Assembly: GCA_023205875.1 (NCBI GenBank)
Contig: CP060755.1
Span: forward strand, 496,001-560,000
Origin: Chloropicon primus
Lineage: Eukaryota
Direction: 5' to 3'
Length of the DNA stretch: 64,000 nt
Shown here: piece by piece, positions 10,189 to 21,170 of the stretch
Numbering within the stretch: position 1 is the stretch's first letter
Layout: each line of letters starts with the position of its first letter
The notes under the pieces: generated by a model
Told to the model about the DNA's origin: nothing
What the model saw: the letters and a program-made list of their open reading frames with translations, nothing else
Database searches by the model: none
Program-made: the position numbers and the translations under genes

Positions 10189-13100
10189 ATGGGGCGAGGC
10201 CAAGGACACAAGATGATCCGGTATGCGCTCACTCTTGCTTTGCTCCTGGCCCTTGCCTTTGGAGGAAGACCTGCTGTGGCTTCGGAAGAAGTTGAGGTTT
10301 GCGCCGCGGAAGACCTCAAGAATGCTATCGAGTCGGGGACGTACAGGAGGATCATTGTGACTTGTGACCAGCTCATTGGACCGCAGCTCAACTTCAAACC
10401 AACGACGGACTTGACCATCGAGGGAAGGTGTTCGTCGCCAAGCGGTGTGGGTCCCTGCAAGATGACTGCGTTGAACCTGCAGCAACACTCCTCGTGTTCA
10501 GTGGTAGAGGATACGTGCCACTGGAAGCTGGTCGTGAAGAACATGATTTTCGATGGATCCTCCAATGGGTACGGCAACATGATATACTGGAAGTCCGATC
10601 ACTCCAATCAAATGGACGAGGGCGACTTCACGGGCTCGGTGTCGTTTGAGAGTTGCATTTTCAGGAACCTCTTGAACCCAGTCGTCGTCATGACGCGGTT
10701 CGATGTGACGTTCAGTTACTGCTCCTTCAGTGACAATGTCGGCAAAGCTTCGTCGACGCAGAGCATGGGGGGAACAAACTATTTTCCTGGCAGGGGTGGG
10801 GCCATCAGGGTCATCCGCGGCGAGGTTGTTGTCCTGGGTTGCACCTTCGAGAACAACAGCGTTGAGAACTCTGCAACGGGCGAGACGGGTCAGGGATCGA
10901 ACGTCTGGATCGGTGCTCTGAGTGTTCACTCAAGCTTCAGGCCCAAGGTGGAGTTTTCTGGGAGCAACTCGATCACTTCCACTTCCAACACTGTGTATGT
11001 CAAAGTGGATGACGACGGGAACATCTTGGGAAGTGCAGTCGATGTGGCAGCGCCTCCACCAAGTCCACCCCCACCACCGCCGGAAGAAGTTGAGGTTTGC
11101 GCCGCGGAAGACCTCAAGAATGCTATCGAGTCGGGGACGTACAGGAGGATCATTGTGACTTGTGACCAGCTCATTGGACCGCAGCTCAACTTCAAACCAA
11201 CGACGGACTTGACCATCGAGGGAAGGTGTTCGTCGCCAAGCGGTGTGGGTCCCTGCAAGATGACTGCGTTGAACCTGCAGCAACACTCCTCGTGTTCAGT
11301 GGTAGAGGATACGTGCCACTGGAAGCTGGTCGTGAAGAACATGATTTTCGATGGATCCTCCAATGGGTACGGCAACATGATATACTGGAAGTCCGATCAC
11401 TCCAATCAAATGGACGAGGGCGACTTCACGGGCTCGGTGTCGTTTGAGAGTTGCATTTTCAGGAACCTCTTGAACCCAGTCGTCGTCATGACGCGGTTCG
11501 ATGTGACGTTCAGTTACTGCTCCTTCAGTGACAATGTCGGCAAAGCTTCGTCGACGCAGAGCATGGGGGGAACAAACTATTTTCCTGGCAGGGGTGGGGC
11601 CATCAGGGTCATCCGCGGCGAGGTTGTTGTCCTGGGTTGCACCTTCGAGAACAACAGCGTTGAGAACTCTGCAACGGGCGAGACGGGTCAGGGATCGAAC
11701 GTCTGGATCGGTGCTCTGAGTGTTCACTCAAGCTTCAGGCCCAAGGTGGAGTTTTCTGGGAGCAACTCGATCACTTCCACTTCCAACACTGTGTATGTCA
11801 AAGTGGATGACGACGGGAACATCTTGGGAAGTGCAGTCGATGTGGCAGCACCTCCACCAAGTCCAACCCCACCACCGCCGGAAGAAGTTGAGGTTTGCGC
11901 CGCGGAAGACCTCAAGAATGCTATCGAGTCGGGGACGTACAGGAGGATCATTGTGACTTGTGACCAGCTCATTGGACCGCAGCTCAACTTCAAACCAACG
12001 ACGGACTTGACCATCGAGGGAAGGTGTTCGTCGCCAAGCGGTGTGGGTCCCTGCAAGATGACTGCGTTGAACCTGCAGCAACACTCCTCGTGTTCAGTGG
12101 TAGAGGATACGTGCCACTGGAAGCTGGTCGTGAAGAACATGATTTTCGATGGATCCTCCAATGGGTACGGCAACATGATATACTGGAAGTCCGATCACTC
12201 CAATCAAATGGACGAGGGCGACTTCACGGGCTCGGTGTCGTTTGAGAGTTGCATTTTCAGGAACCTCTTGAACCCAGTCGTCGTCATGACGCGGTTCGAT
12301 GTGACGTTCAGTTACTGCTCCTTCAGTGACAATGTCGGCAAAGCTTCGTCGACGCAGAGCATGGGGGGAACAAACTATTTTCCTGGCAGGGGTGGGGCCA
12401 TCAGGGTCATCCGCGGCGAGGTTGTTGTCCTGGGTTGCACCTTCGAGAACAACAGCGTTGAGAACTCTGCAACGGGCGAGACGGGTCAGGGATCGAACGT
12501 CTGGATCGGTGCTCTGAGTGTTCACTCAAGCTTCAGGCCCAAGGTGGAGTTTTCTGGGAGCAACTCGATCACTTCCACTTCCAACACTGTGTATGTCAAA
12601 GTGGATGACGACGGGAACATCTTGGGAAGTGCAGTCGATGTGGCAGCACCGCCGGGAACTCCACCTCCACCAGTGAATCCCAATCCACCTCCACCAGTGA
12701 ATCCTAACCCACCTCCACCAGTGAACCCCAATCCACCTCCACCAGTGAACCCCAATCCACCTCCACCAGTGAATCCTAACCCACCTCCACCAGTGAACCC
12801 CAATCCACCTCCACCAGTGAATCCTAACCCACCTCCACCAGTGAACCCCAATCCACCTCCACCAGTGAATCCTAACCCACCTCCACCAGTGAATCCTAAC
12901 CCACCTCCACCAGTGAATCCTAACCCACCTCCACCAGTGAACCCTAACCCACCTCCACCAGTGAACCCCAATCCACCTCCACCAGTGAACCCCAATCCAC
13001 CTCCACCAGTGAATCCTAACCCACCTCCACCAGTGAACCCCAATCCACCTCCACCAGTGAATCCTAACCCACCTCCACCAGTGAACCCCAATCCACCTCC

Positions 13101-14179
13101 ACCAGTGAATCCTAACCCACCTCCACCAGTGAACCCCAATCCACCTCCACCAGTGAATCCTAACCCACCTCCACCAGTGAACCCCAATCCACCTCCACCA
13201 GTGAACCCCAATCCACCTCCACCAGTGAATCCTAACCCACCTCCACCAGTGAACCCCAATCCACCTCCACCAGTGAATCCTAACCCACCTCCACCAGTGA
13301 ACCCCAATCCACCTCCACCAGTGAACCCCAATCCACCTCCACCAGTGAACCCCAAATCCACCTCCACCAGTGAATCCTAACCCACCTCCACCAGTGAACC
13401 CCAATCCACCTCCACCAGTGAACCCCAATCCACCTCCACCAGTGAATCCTAACCCACCTCCACCAGTGAACCCCAATCCACCTCCACCAATGAGCCCGTC
13501 CCCCCCACCACCACCACCTGAAAAGAAGGACGAGCCTACTTTCAAGGTAGGTTTCAAGCTCGTCTTTGAGAATGTCGATTACGACAAGCTGCAGGCAGAT
13601 GGGAAGCTGCAGTCACTTGCTGAAGACGTGAGGCGATCCTGGGCCCTTACAGCTGGCGTGCCAATTGAGGCAGTCGTGGTAACACTGAAGAAAGGAAGTC
13701 TGATCACAGAAGTGGAGATCAATTTTGAGGGGCAAGACAAGAAGGGCGATGCCGAGAAAGCCCAAGAAGGCGTGAAAAATTATGAGCTCGTCGTGGATGT
13801 CATTCAAACCAGTCCTGCGCTGAGCTCGGCCTTGGGCATACAAGACACGAGCACCTTGACCGCGGCCACGACGAAAACTTTCACCAGGATTGAAGGGAAA
13901 GTTCAGCTCACTGAAGAGTCTGGCTCGAGCGACGGTTCGTGGCTATCTTCCGGGAAGCGGGTTGTAATTCTGGTCTTTGGAGGACTCGTTATCGTCACCC
14001 TAGGATTCTGCGGTCTGAGTAGGAGGTACTCGAAGAAGAAGCCGCAAGATTACCTCGCAAAAGCGAAGCAGGCGGACAGAATGAGACAGGAACAGGAACT
14101 GCTTCCCACTCACATCAGCACGAACAAAATCAATTCGAACAAGTTCGTCACGATGAACCCCCTGTCCGCCGGATTGTAA
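10189..14179 (+). CDS. Large type I cell-surface protein: signal peptide, 3 beta-helix (POMP/pectin-lyase-like) domains, Pro-rich stalk, membrane-proximal domain, TM helix; one frameshift near 13355
   Basis: Signal MIRYALTLALLLALAF (ATG 10213); FxxN and GGAI motifs; (PPPPVNPN)n. An extra A in CCCAAATCC at 13351-13359 splits ORFs 10189-13380 and 13370-14179. TM VVILVFGGLVIVTLGFCGL is followed by a basic tail. Confidence 0.8.
10283..12649 (+). repeat. Three virtually identical 798-bp coding units (starts 10283, 11081, 11879)
   Basis: Identical translated 266-aa blocks; differences were seen only in the Pro linker. Confidence 0.97.
12661..13489 (+). repeat. 24-bp coding minisatellite, about 34 units (PPPPVNPN)
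   Basis: CCACCTCCACCAGTG followed mostly by AATCCTAAC or AACCCCAAT. Confidence 0.97.
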
Positions 14180-14450
14180 ACAAGTTATGAACTTTTTTTG
14201 AATTTATATATACTTATCATTCATCTATCCCAATCTTGTCTTGCTCTCCACCGTCTTGCCTCTGGTCTGGACATCACCATCGGCATGACTCCCTCCCCTT
14301 CCTTTCCTCAACGCTTGGCTTCCCCTCCACGACAGGCAGCCGTCACCGTCACAATCTGCAGACTCAGGCCGGAGCCGGAGCCGGAGGAGGAGGCTTGGCC
14401 CGAAGAGAGCGAAGACAGAGGGTTGGTACGGGCCAACGAACGCGAGAAAG

Positions 14451-15821
14451 ATGAAGTTAGACGCGAACATGCTTCGTTACTTGTCCAAGGAAGACTTTCG
14501 TGTCCTCACGGCGGTCGAAATGGGACAGAAAAACCACGAGATGGTTCCGACACAACTTGTTAGTGCCATCTCGGGCCTCAGGCATGGCGGTTCATACAAG
14601 GTTCTGAGGACGCTGCTGAGGCACAAGCTCATCCATCACGAGAACAAGAAGTACGACGGGTACAGGCTGACGACTTTGGGCTACGACTACTTGGCGCTGA
14701 GGGCGTTGTGCGCCAGAGGGGTGATAAGCGGTGTGGGTAGGCAGATAGGAGTGGGAAAGGAGAGCGACGTGTACGAGGTGGTGGACGAGGAGGGGAACTT
14801 GTGCGTGTGCAAGTTCCACCGGTTGGGAAGGACGAGTTTCCGAGCGGTCAAGACGAAGAGGGACTACCTCAAGCACAGGTCGAACTACTCTTGGCTTTAT
14901 CTGTCTCGCCTGGCAGCCAGGAAGGAGTTCGACTTCATGCGGGCTCTTGGAGAGAGCGGCCTGCCTGTGCCAGAGGCCATCGATCACAACAGGCACTGCG
15001 TCGTCATGTCGATTGTGGAAGCCAGGCCCTTGTCTCAAGTGGTGCGGCTGAGCGATCCGGCGAAAGTCTACAAGCAAATCATGCAGAACATGGTGGACCT
15101 CGCAAAACTTGGGCTCGTGCACTGCGACTTCAACGAGTTCAACATCATGCTCAGCGACGAGGAGGACATCACCGTGATCGATTTCCCTCAAATGATCTCT
15201 GTGAAGCACAAGAACGCCGCCCAGCTCTTTCAGAGGGACGTGGACTGCGTCGTGAAGTTCTTTACTAGAAAGGTGAAGTACAGCCCGGACGAGGACGTGC
15301 TTGGGGATCTCGCGTATCCTGACCTGGACGACATCGTTGAAGGCATGGACTTGGATGACCCTTCCTCCTTGGACAGGGTGCTCAAGGCCTCCGGGTTCAA
15401 GTCGAGAATGCACGAAAAAGATGGCAGCGACGGCGATGGCAGCAGCGAGGGTCCGAGCGACGCGGAGGACAGCGAGGACGATTCCCTCTTCGGAAGCGAC
15501 GGCGAGGGACCAAGCCCCAAGGAGGTTTTGGAAAGCTTCGATGGCATAAAACTGCGGGAGGGCGCGGATGGAGACGAGCCCTCCAGCAGTGGTGCCGACG
15601 AGGCGGGGGATCTTGATGGATTGCTGCAATTTGCGAAGAGCCACGACGAGCCAGAGGCGGCTGAATCTGAAGGATGGACCGCTCGCCACTCTTCAAGAAA
15701 GCCGAAAGCGGCCAATGGTCGCAGCAAGCCAAAGACAAAGACGAATGCGAACAAGGACAAGTCAGGAAGGAGACACCAAGGAGTGAAACATAAGGTTCGG
15801 ATATCAAAATCGGATTACTGA
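14451..15821 (+). CDS. RIO2: RIO2 atypical kinase (40S biogenesis)
   Basis: DFRVLTAVEMGQKNHE, GYRLTTLGYDYLAL, GVGKESD, HCDFNEFN, IDFPQM. Confidence 0.97.
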   Translation: MKLDANMLRYLSKEDFRVLTAVEMGQKNHEMVPTQLVSAISGLRHGGSYKVLRTLLRHKLIHHENKKYDGYRLTTLGYDYLALRALCARGVISGVGRQIGVGKESDVYEVVDEEGNLCVCKFHRLGRTSFRAVKTKRDYLKHRSNYSWLYLSRLAARKEFDFMRALGESGLPVPEAIDHNRHCVVMSIVEARPLSQVVRLSDPAKVYKQIMQNMVDLAKLGLVHCDFNEFNIMLSDEEDITVIDFPQMISVKHKNAAQLFQRDVDCVVKFFTRKVKYSPDEDVLGDLAYPDLDDIVEGMDLDDPSSLDRVLKASGFKSRMHEKDGSDGDGSSEGPSDAEDSEDDSLFGSDGEGPSPKEVLESFDGIKLREGADGDEPSSSGADEAGDLDGLLQFAKSHDEPEAAESEGWTARHSSRKPKAANGRSKPKTKTNANKDKSGRRHQGVKHKVRISKSDY

Positions 15822-15852
15822 GCGTTTTATCTTTATCGTACAACATCCCCTT

Positions 15853-17733
15853 TCAGCACGTTGGGCTTCTTTCGTACTTTGGTGGGAAGCTAGGGCAGGC
15901 CTCCGCCATGTGGGAGCTCATGTCAACCGTGTTATGGTCGTTCAAGTGCAAAGTGTACTTGCCCATGATTTGACACACTTTCGTGTCCCCACCTTGGTGC
16001 TGCGAGCCCTCGCCACTGTCGCACTCTTCAGGAAAGTCAAAATTGGCATCAAATATTCCAAGCTTGTGAACATCGTAAGGGGTGAACTCGCCGCAATTCA
16101 CTTTGTTCCCTATTTCCTGGAACAGCCCCGCCTCCTTCCATATTCTGCACACGAAGACGCTGCAGACCATCGCGGGACCCGTTTGGGTCATGTTTGGGAA
16201 CATCTGGTACTCCCACCCATCTTGCTCGGGGATGGCTGGAAGTCCAGAAAGGAACTGCGTTGAATCCATCCCCTCTGGCTTCTTCTCCAGGTACGTTCGG
16301 AACAAGTCGAGAGTGTGCAAGCCAGTGGTCCCGACCCTTTTGTTGAAGGCCTGGAGCCAAATTTTCTGCGCCACCGAGGTGGACACTCTGTCGAAAAAGA
16401 TCGCCAGCACCTCGAGGAGGATCCAGGAAAAGCACCTGTCGTACTTGGGAGGGATGCATGGGTAGTTTGCCTCAAAGGTGTCAAGCCAGGAGAAAAGCAT
16501 GTTCTCGTACCCGTAGTCCAGGCCCTCGACGGATTCGAAAAACTCCCAGGCTTGGACCTCGTTGAACTTCCTTCTGTATTCCGGAGCGAGAGGCGCCCAG
16601 ACGACGTGATGCTCTGCCTTGGAGGCCTTCTGCAGCCACTCCTCAAACGGAGTGCACTGTATGCCGTTCGTGTCCCAGTAAGCATCCTTCGCCGTGCTCT
16701 CGCAGATGTGAAGGCCTCCTGGACCCTCGACCTCCGGTTTCCTCAAGGCAATTGCGGTGTGCCCCGTGGTCGACCCCGTGGCCCAAGCCAGCATTGGGTC
16801 CAATCCGTCGAGCCTCAAGATGCCCATGAAGTCCCCGCTGTGGATCAAGCTGGAGTTCAAGCTGATGGGTCCCGTCCCTTGGCCACCATTCCTGGGCTCC
16901 ATGTACGGTTTGATCTGCTGGTACTGCCTCAGGAACTCGAGGTTGTCCCTCTCGCTGTAGGGGTTCACGTCCTGCGTGCCGAACGGGACGAAGAGGGAAA
17001 GCGTGTGGTAGACATCTTCGATGATGCTCGCCCAGCTTCCCTTCCTGAACAAGAAAACGTGGAGTCCCCTGTTGTAGAGGTACCACATCTCTTGCTCGGT
17101 CAGCTCCTTTGTGGTCCAGATGACCTTGTGGGTCCCTCCTTGACCAAAGTTGAGCATCTTGAAGCCACTGCCGGAGAACACCACCATGCTTTCCACGCAA
17201 GGCTTGTACCACTCCCCCTTCGCCTCCGCCAAATAGAAGATCATGCGGAGCTCCGTTCCCACCCCCTCCCTGATGTCCATCTCGAACCCAACCTCCTTGT
17301 AGCAGTGGCCCTCGACCACATGGCCCTGCACGCTCTCGGGCATGAGCGTCCCGACGTAGTCAGGGATGAAGCCGAACCACTCGGGGTCGGCCCCGCCTAC
17401 CTTCTCGGACTCCCTCACCCTTCTTCCGGCATACTCTCTCAACTCCTCCCGGAGCTTGCCCTGGAGTCTCTCCGTCGAGAGCTCGTCGAAGGAGAACTGA
17501 GGTCCAAGGAATCCTCTGGGCCACGCCCAAGACGCGTTGCTCCCCGGTTCCGCTCCCTCAGGAGTCTCGAAGAACGTGTCCACGAGTGACTCCCTCTCCC
17601 TCTCGTGCCTCAACCTCTGCGCCGCGAAGGAACGAGACTCTCTCCTCCCTCCCCTCGCGCAGTAGCAACCGTCCAAGAACACGAGGCAACACAAGGCGGA
17701 CACCACCAGTAACGCTCGCGTCATGCCTCTCAT
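15853..17733 (-). CDS. Secreted protein with permuted papain-like (NlpC/P60, YiiX/YaeF-type) signature
   Basis: Signal peptide; IHSGDF, GHTAIAL (His), YGYENMLF, MVCSVFV (Cys), FTPYDV. His precedes Cys, as in the permuted enzymes. Confidence 0.65.
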   Translation of the reverse strand: MRGMTRALLVVSALCCLVFLDGCYCARGGRRESRSFAAQRLRHERERESLVDTFFETPEGAEPGSNASWAWPRGFLGPQFSFDELSTERLQGKLREELREYAGRRVRESEKVGGADPEWFGFIPDYVGTLMPESVQGHVVEGHCYKEVGFEMDIREGVGTELRMIFYLAEAKGEWYKPCVESMVVFSGSGFKMLNFGQGGTHKVIWTTKELTEQEMWYLYNRGLHVFLFRKGSWASIIEDVYHTLSLFVPFGTQDVNPYSERDNLEFLRQYQQIKPYMEPRNGGQGTGPISLNSSLIHSGDFMGILRLDGLDPMLAWATGSTTGHTAIALRKPEVEGPGGLHICESTAKDAYWDTNGIQCTPFEEWLQKASKAEHHVVWAPLAPEYRRKFNEVQAWEFFESVEGLDYGYENMLFSWLDTFEANYPCIPPKYDRCFSWILLEVLAIFFDRVSTSVAQKIWLQAFNKRVGTTGLHTLDLFRTYLEKKPEGMDSTQFLSGLPAIPEQDGWEYQMFPNMTQTGPAMVCSVFVCRIWKEAGLFQEIGNKVNCGEFTPYDVHKLGIFDANFDFPEECDSGEGSQHQGGDTKVCQIMGKYTLHLNDHNTVDMSSHMAEACPSFPPKYERSPTC

Positions 17734-17930
17734 GCTCGCCACCTCGTCGGAACAAAGCAGGAAAACGAAGACAAAAACGCGAGTCCTTAACTACCTTCGA
17801 CCCTCCACTCAACCCTCGCCCTTGGACTCGTCCCCTCCCTCCTCTCCCTCTCTCTCTTCCACCTCTCTCCTGGTTTCCCCTCTCTCGACTGGCCACGAAA
17901 ATGGCCACGAAATCCTCACCAAACCGTCTA

Positions 17931-17970
17931 TCCTTTCACGCGACACCTCGTTCGAAAGAGCAAGAGACGA
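17931..17970 (-). promoter_or_regulatory. Long-form upstream element (core CGTCTC-N5-CTTTCGA on - strand)
   Basis: TCCTTTCACGCGACACCTCGTTCGAAAGAGCAAGAGACGA matches the recurring element; function inferred. Confidence 0.6.
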
Positions 17971-18216
17971 AGCTTCTTATTTCCCCCTCCTTTTTCGACA
18001 CTCTTCCCCACCCTGGTTGCCGTGGCCTCCTCTCCGTCACCTCTCCGTCGCCTCGAGCGTCGCCTTCTGCCTCGAGAGAATTGCCCTATGGATGAGGGGA
18101 CTGCTGAGTCACTCACTCGAGGAGGGCGAAGGTGACGAGGGGAAGGACGAACTTGGCGACGTCTTACGCACGAAGCGTGGGATGAAAGGGGAAGAGAATG
18201 AAATGAACGGAAGGTA

Positions 18217-18234
18217 CGTCTCGAGGGCTTTCGA
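18217..18234 (+). promoter_or_regulatory. Core upstream element CGTCTC-N5-CTTTCGA
   Basis: CGTCTCGAGGGCTTTCGA, about 70 bp before ATG 18307. Confidence 0.6.
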
Positions 18235-18306
18235 TTGGTGTGCGCTGTCCTAGCCTAGCCTTTTGATGGAGGAATTTGACGGAAGGGAAGGCGATGAGGT
18301 GATGTG

Positions 18307-20046
18307 ATGAGGTGGGAGGAGGATTTCGCTCTTTCCATGGTCATGGATGCCATGGCCACCACGGAGCCGAGTGTCCCGGATTTGTTACGATGCCGAGCAG
18401 TAAGTAAGACGTGGATGCGGATGATTGACCGCAACATGGGCGAAAGGTGGATGCTGTGCGTGCCGAGCTCCGTTCCCAGAAACCAGCAGCTTCTCAAGTG
18501 CCTCTTCGTGAAGGAGAGAGAGTTGGACTTGTGCACCCAGAGGAGGCACCTGGCGGAGGCCTACCACCTCGTGTACCTGCAGGACAAGCTGAGGGAGAAG
18601 CAGAGGGCGGAGAGGAATGCGGTGGATGGGGCCCCGGGTTTGGACAGCCAGGCCGCGCTCCAGACCTTGCTGGCGCACGCCATAGACTCATTCGAGGGCT
18701 TCCCTTCTCTGACGAGGCCCAGGAAGGACGACCTGATCGGCTTCTGTTGCAACGCGTACTTCACGGAAGAGTTCAAGAGGCAGACGATCAGGAAGGGGGA
18801 TGGACCGGGGAGGAGTGACATCTCCAAGCACTGGCGGCAAGTGCTGGAGTGCATCAACACCAGGGAGTGGCGTGCGTCGGCACCAGTGAGGGGACAGTCC
18901 AGGGGGGCGCCAGCTCACCTGGTGAGGAAGATACAGGTGGGCATGTGGTTGTGGTGCTTCTCCCACGCCGATCCAAGCGCGGAGTCGAGGGAAGACCCAG
19001 GCGCCAGCTCCCTGGGGAGGGTTTTGGGCCGAGAGCGTTGCCTGCAGAGCGCGCTCGCGGGGTCCTCCTCCTCGGCGCTGGACGACCTGACGCTAAGCAG
19101 CTCAAAGTTTTCCGACATCGTTCCGACCTTCCTTGGGTCGTTCTACGGTCTCAACGAGGAGAACCTGAAACGCCCGCTGCAGGAAGTCGTGTCGGAAGAC
19201 CACTGGCCCAAAAGCGAGGAGACCTGCCTGGCGGACTACAACACGCACTTGCAGGAGATCATGGTGGGGACGTGGGAAGGGATGGTGGAGTCCCACGTCC
19301 AGCGCGCTTTCTCCAAAAATTCCTTTGACTTGGACAGCCTCCACCTGGTTCTCAAGGGCCTCTCCGCGTACCAAACGACCTTGTGCGATGGCATCATCGC
19401 AAAGCACGTCGAGAGGGCGGCCAAGCACTTTGTGAACGAAACGCTGCAGAGCCAGAGCGCTTTTGCTGCCGCCTCGGAGGAGCGAGAGCTGGGAAGACAC
19501 CGCAGCGGCCCACAACACGGCGGCCCGACAGCGATGGAAGAGGATGCGGCTTCCCAGGCTTCTTCCTCGTCCACGAGGAAGAGGAAGGGCGAGCGGGGGC
19601 AAACCGGGGTGGCCGACAGCTCGAAGAAGAAGGTGAAGCGCAGGGACTCGGGCAGGGAGCTTGACTTCAGCATCCTTCCGGACTGCCAGAGGATAAGGCA
19701 AGCGGTTTGCAAGCGGTGGAGGGAGGAGGTGAAGAGGCAGAAGGCTCTTAGGGACACGCCGGACTTGTGCATGATGTGCGCGAAGAACAAGAGGGCTGGC
19801 GAGTGCGGCTTCAAGATGTGCGGCTCTTGCTGCAAGAAGGCCGGGCACACCACCTCCTGCTCCAGGCATCACGTGGAGGGCCCCGGAAGAATGAGTGCCG
19901 ACACGCCGCGGGAGGACGAGGACATGTTTGCTGCCCGCGGACAAATGCGCGTCGGAAGGCCGGCGCGAAACAGGAGGCCTCGAAGGAACGCCATCTTCCT
20001 GGGAAGGCTTCCTCCGCTCGGCTTCCTGTTCCCCGAGGGGGACTGA
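18307..20046 (+). CDS. F-box-like protein with C-terminal Cys/His zinc cluster
   Basis: VPDLLRCRAVSKTWMRMI (F-box second half); basic NLS-like runs; CMMCAKNKRAGECGFKMCGSCCKKAGHTTSCSRH. Confidence 0.6.
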   Translation: MRWEEDFALSMVMDAMATTEPSVPDLLRCRAVSKTWMRMIDRNMGERWMLCVPSSVPRNQQLLKCLFVKERELDLCTQRRHLAEAYHLVYLQDKLREKQRAERNAVDGAPGLDSQAALQTLLAHAIDSFEGFPSLTRPRKDDLIGFCCNAYFTEEFKRQTIRKGDGPGRSDISKHWRQVLECINTREWRASAPVRGQSRGAPAHLVRKIQVGMWLWCFSHADPSAESREDPGASSLGRVLGRERCLQSALAGSSSSALDDLTLSSSKFSDIVPTFLGSFYGLNEENLKRPLQEVVSEDHWPKSEETCLADYNTHLQEIMVGTWEGMVESHVQRAFSKNSFDLDSLHLVLKGLSAYQTTLCDGIIAKHVERAAKHFVNETLQSQSAFAAASEERELGRHRSGPQHGGPTAMEEDAASQASSSSTRKRKGERGQTGVADSSKKKVKRRDSGRELDFSILPDCQRIRQAVCKRWREEVKRQKALRDTPDLCMMCAKNKRAGECGFKMCGSCCKKAGHTTSCSRHHVEGPGRMSADTPREDEDMFAARGQMRVGRPARNRRPRRNAIFLGRLPPLGFLFPEGD

Positions 20047-20343
20047 AGGAGAAGAGCGAGGACGAGCCGGGTTGTTTGTTTTCGTGTTGTTGTATTTTAT
20101 GTTTTTGTTTACAAATCAGAATCAATCAGGCGAAACAGAGATTCGCGATGCTCGTGCGCTCCCCCCCTGCACGGCGACGGCGACGCCTCTCCCAAGGATA
20201 AAGCCTTGCCTCTCCCTCCTCGGAAACACTTGTCCTTCACCCAAACCGCCGCACAGCCCTAACGCAAGGGAGAACGCCACCGCACCGCACCACCTTCCCA
20301 CTTTCCTGCCCCAGCCTTCCCGGAGGGCGGCGCTCGCAATACC

Positions 20344-20784
20344 TCAACCCTCCTCCGAGAAGAGGGAGTCGAAGGCGTTGCAAGGGATAGTCGTCTCGCT
20401 CTGGAGGAACTTGAACTCGAGGTCCTCGCCCCCGAACTGCGTGTTCAGGTTGGCGAGGTCCCCGCCAAAGTACTGGTCCCAAGAGACCGGCCCGGTGTTC
20501 CTCCTCCCCCTGTTCGAAAACCTCCTCCTCATCTTCTTCTCCTCTATCTTGCGCTTCTTCACGTCCTGGGTGTTCTCGAACTGCGACCTCCTCCTCACCT
20601 CCCTCTGCACCCCAGCATTCAACACCTCCCTATCGAACCTCTTCTCGCTCACCTCGAAGTTTTCCCTCTCACCCGGGATGATCTGCACGTTCAGGCTGTA
20701 CTTCTGCTTCATGTACACCCTCCCGCCGTTCCCCACCCCTCCCCTCACCCCTCTGCCCACCACGCTCGTCACCCTCGTCGCCAT
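20344..20784 (-). CDS. Organellar ribosomal protein bS21
   Basis: Transit-like N-terminus; VQIIPGE..KRFDREVLNAGVQREVRRRSQFENTQDVKKRK. Confidence 0.8.
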   Translation of the reverse strand: MATRVTSVVGRGVRGGVGNGGRVYMKQKYSLNVQIIPGERENFEVSEKRFDREVLNAGVQREVRRRSQFENTQDVKKRKIEEKKMRRRFSNRGRRNTGPVSWDQYFGGDLANLNTQFGGEDLEFKFLQSETTIPCNAFDSLFSEEG

Positions 20785-21170
20785 CTTCCCTTCTCTCTCT
20801 CTCTCTCTCTCTCTCTCGGCCGACAAAAGGATAAGGTTTCGGATTCTAGCCACAAGTTTAGAATTCCTCTGGTACTGTATTCGAATATCGACGTTAGTAT
20901 ACGTGAGGGTCTCGGTATTTCGGGCGCGAGAAAATACAAGTGCGCAAACCGAGCGGAGTCCGCGTTAGGGCTTGACGAGGGAGCGAGCGAGGGAGAGGTT
21001 GCGGTGGTGTTGGACGGCGACGGGCGACGGGAGGGAGGACTTCAAGGGGAAGGGGAGGGTGCAGGGTGAAAGTACGTTTCGAGGGCTTTCGATTGGTACC
21101 GGAATTGGGTGGGTTTGGGCCGAGGGACTTGTTTTTTTTTCTCGTCAGAGGGACTGGAGTCGCGACGAGG

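Noticed and set aside
10283..13489. CRISPR-like array or satellite
   Set aside because: The repeats are contiguous, in frame and coding, with no unique spacers and no cas genes.
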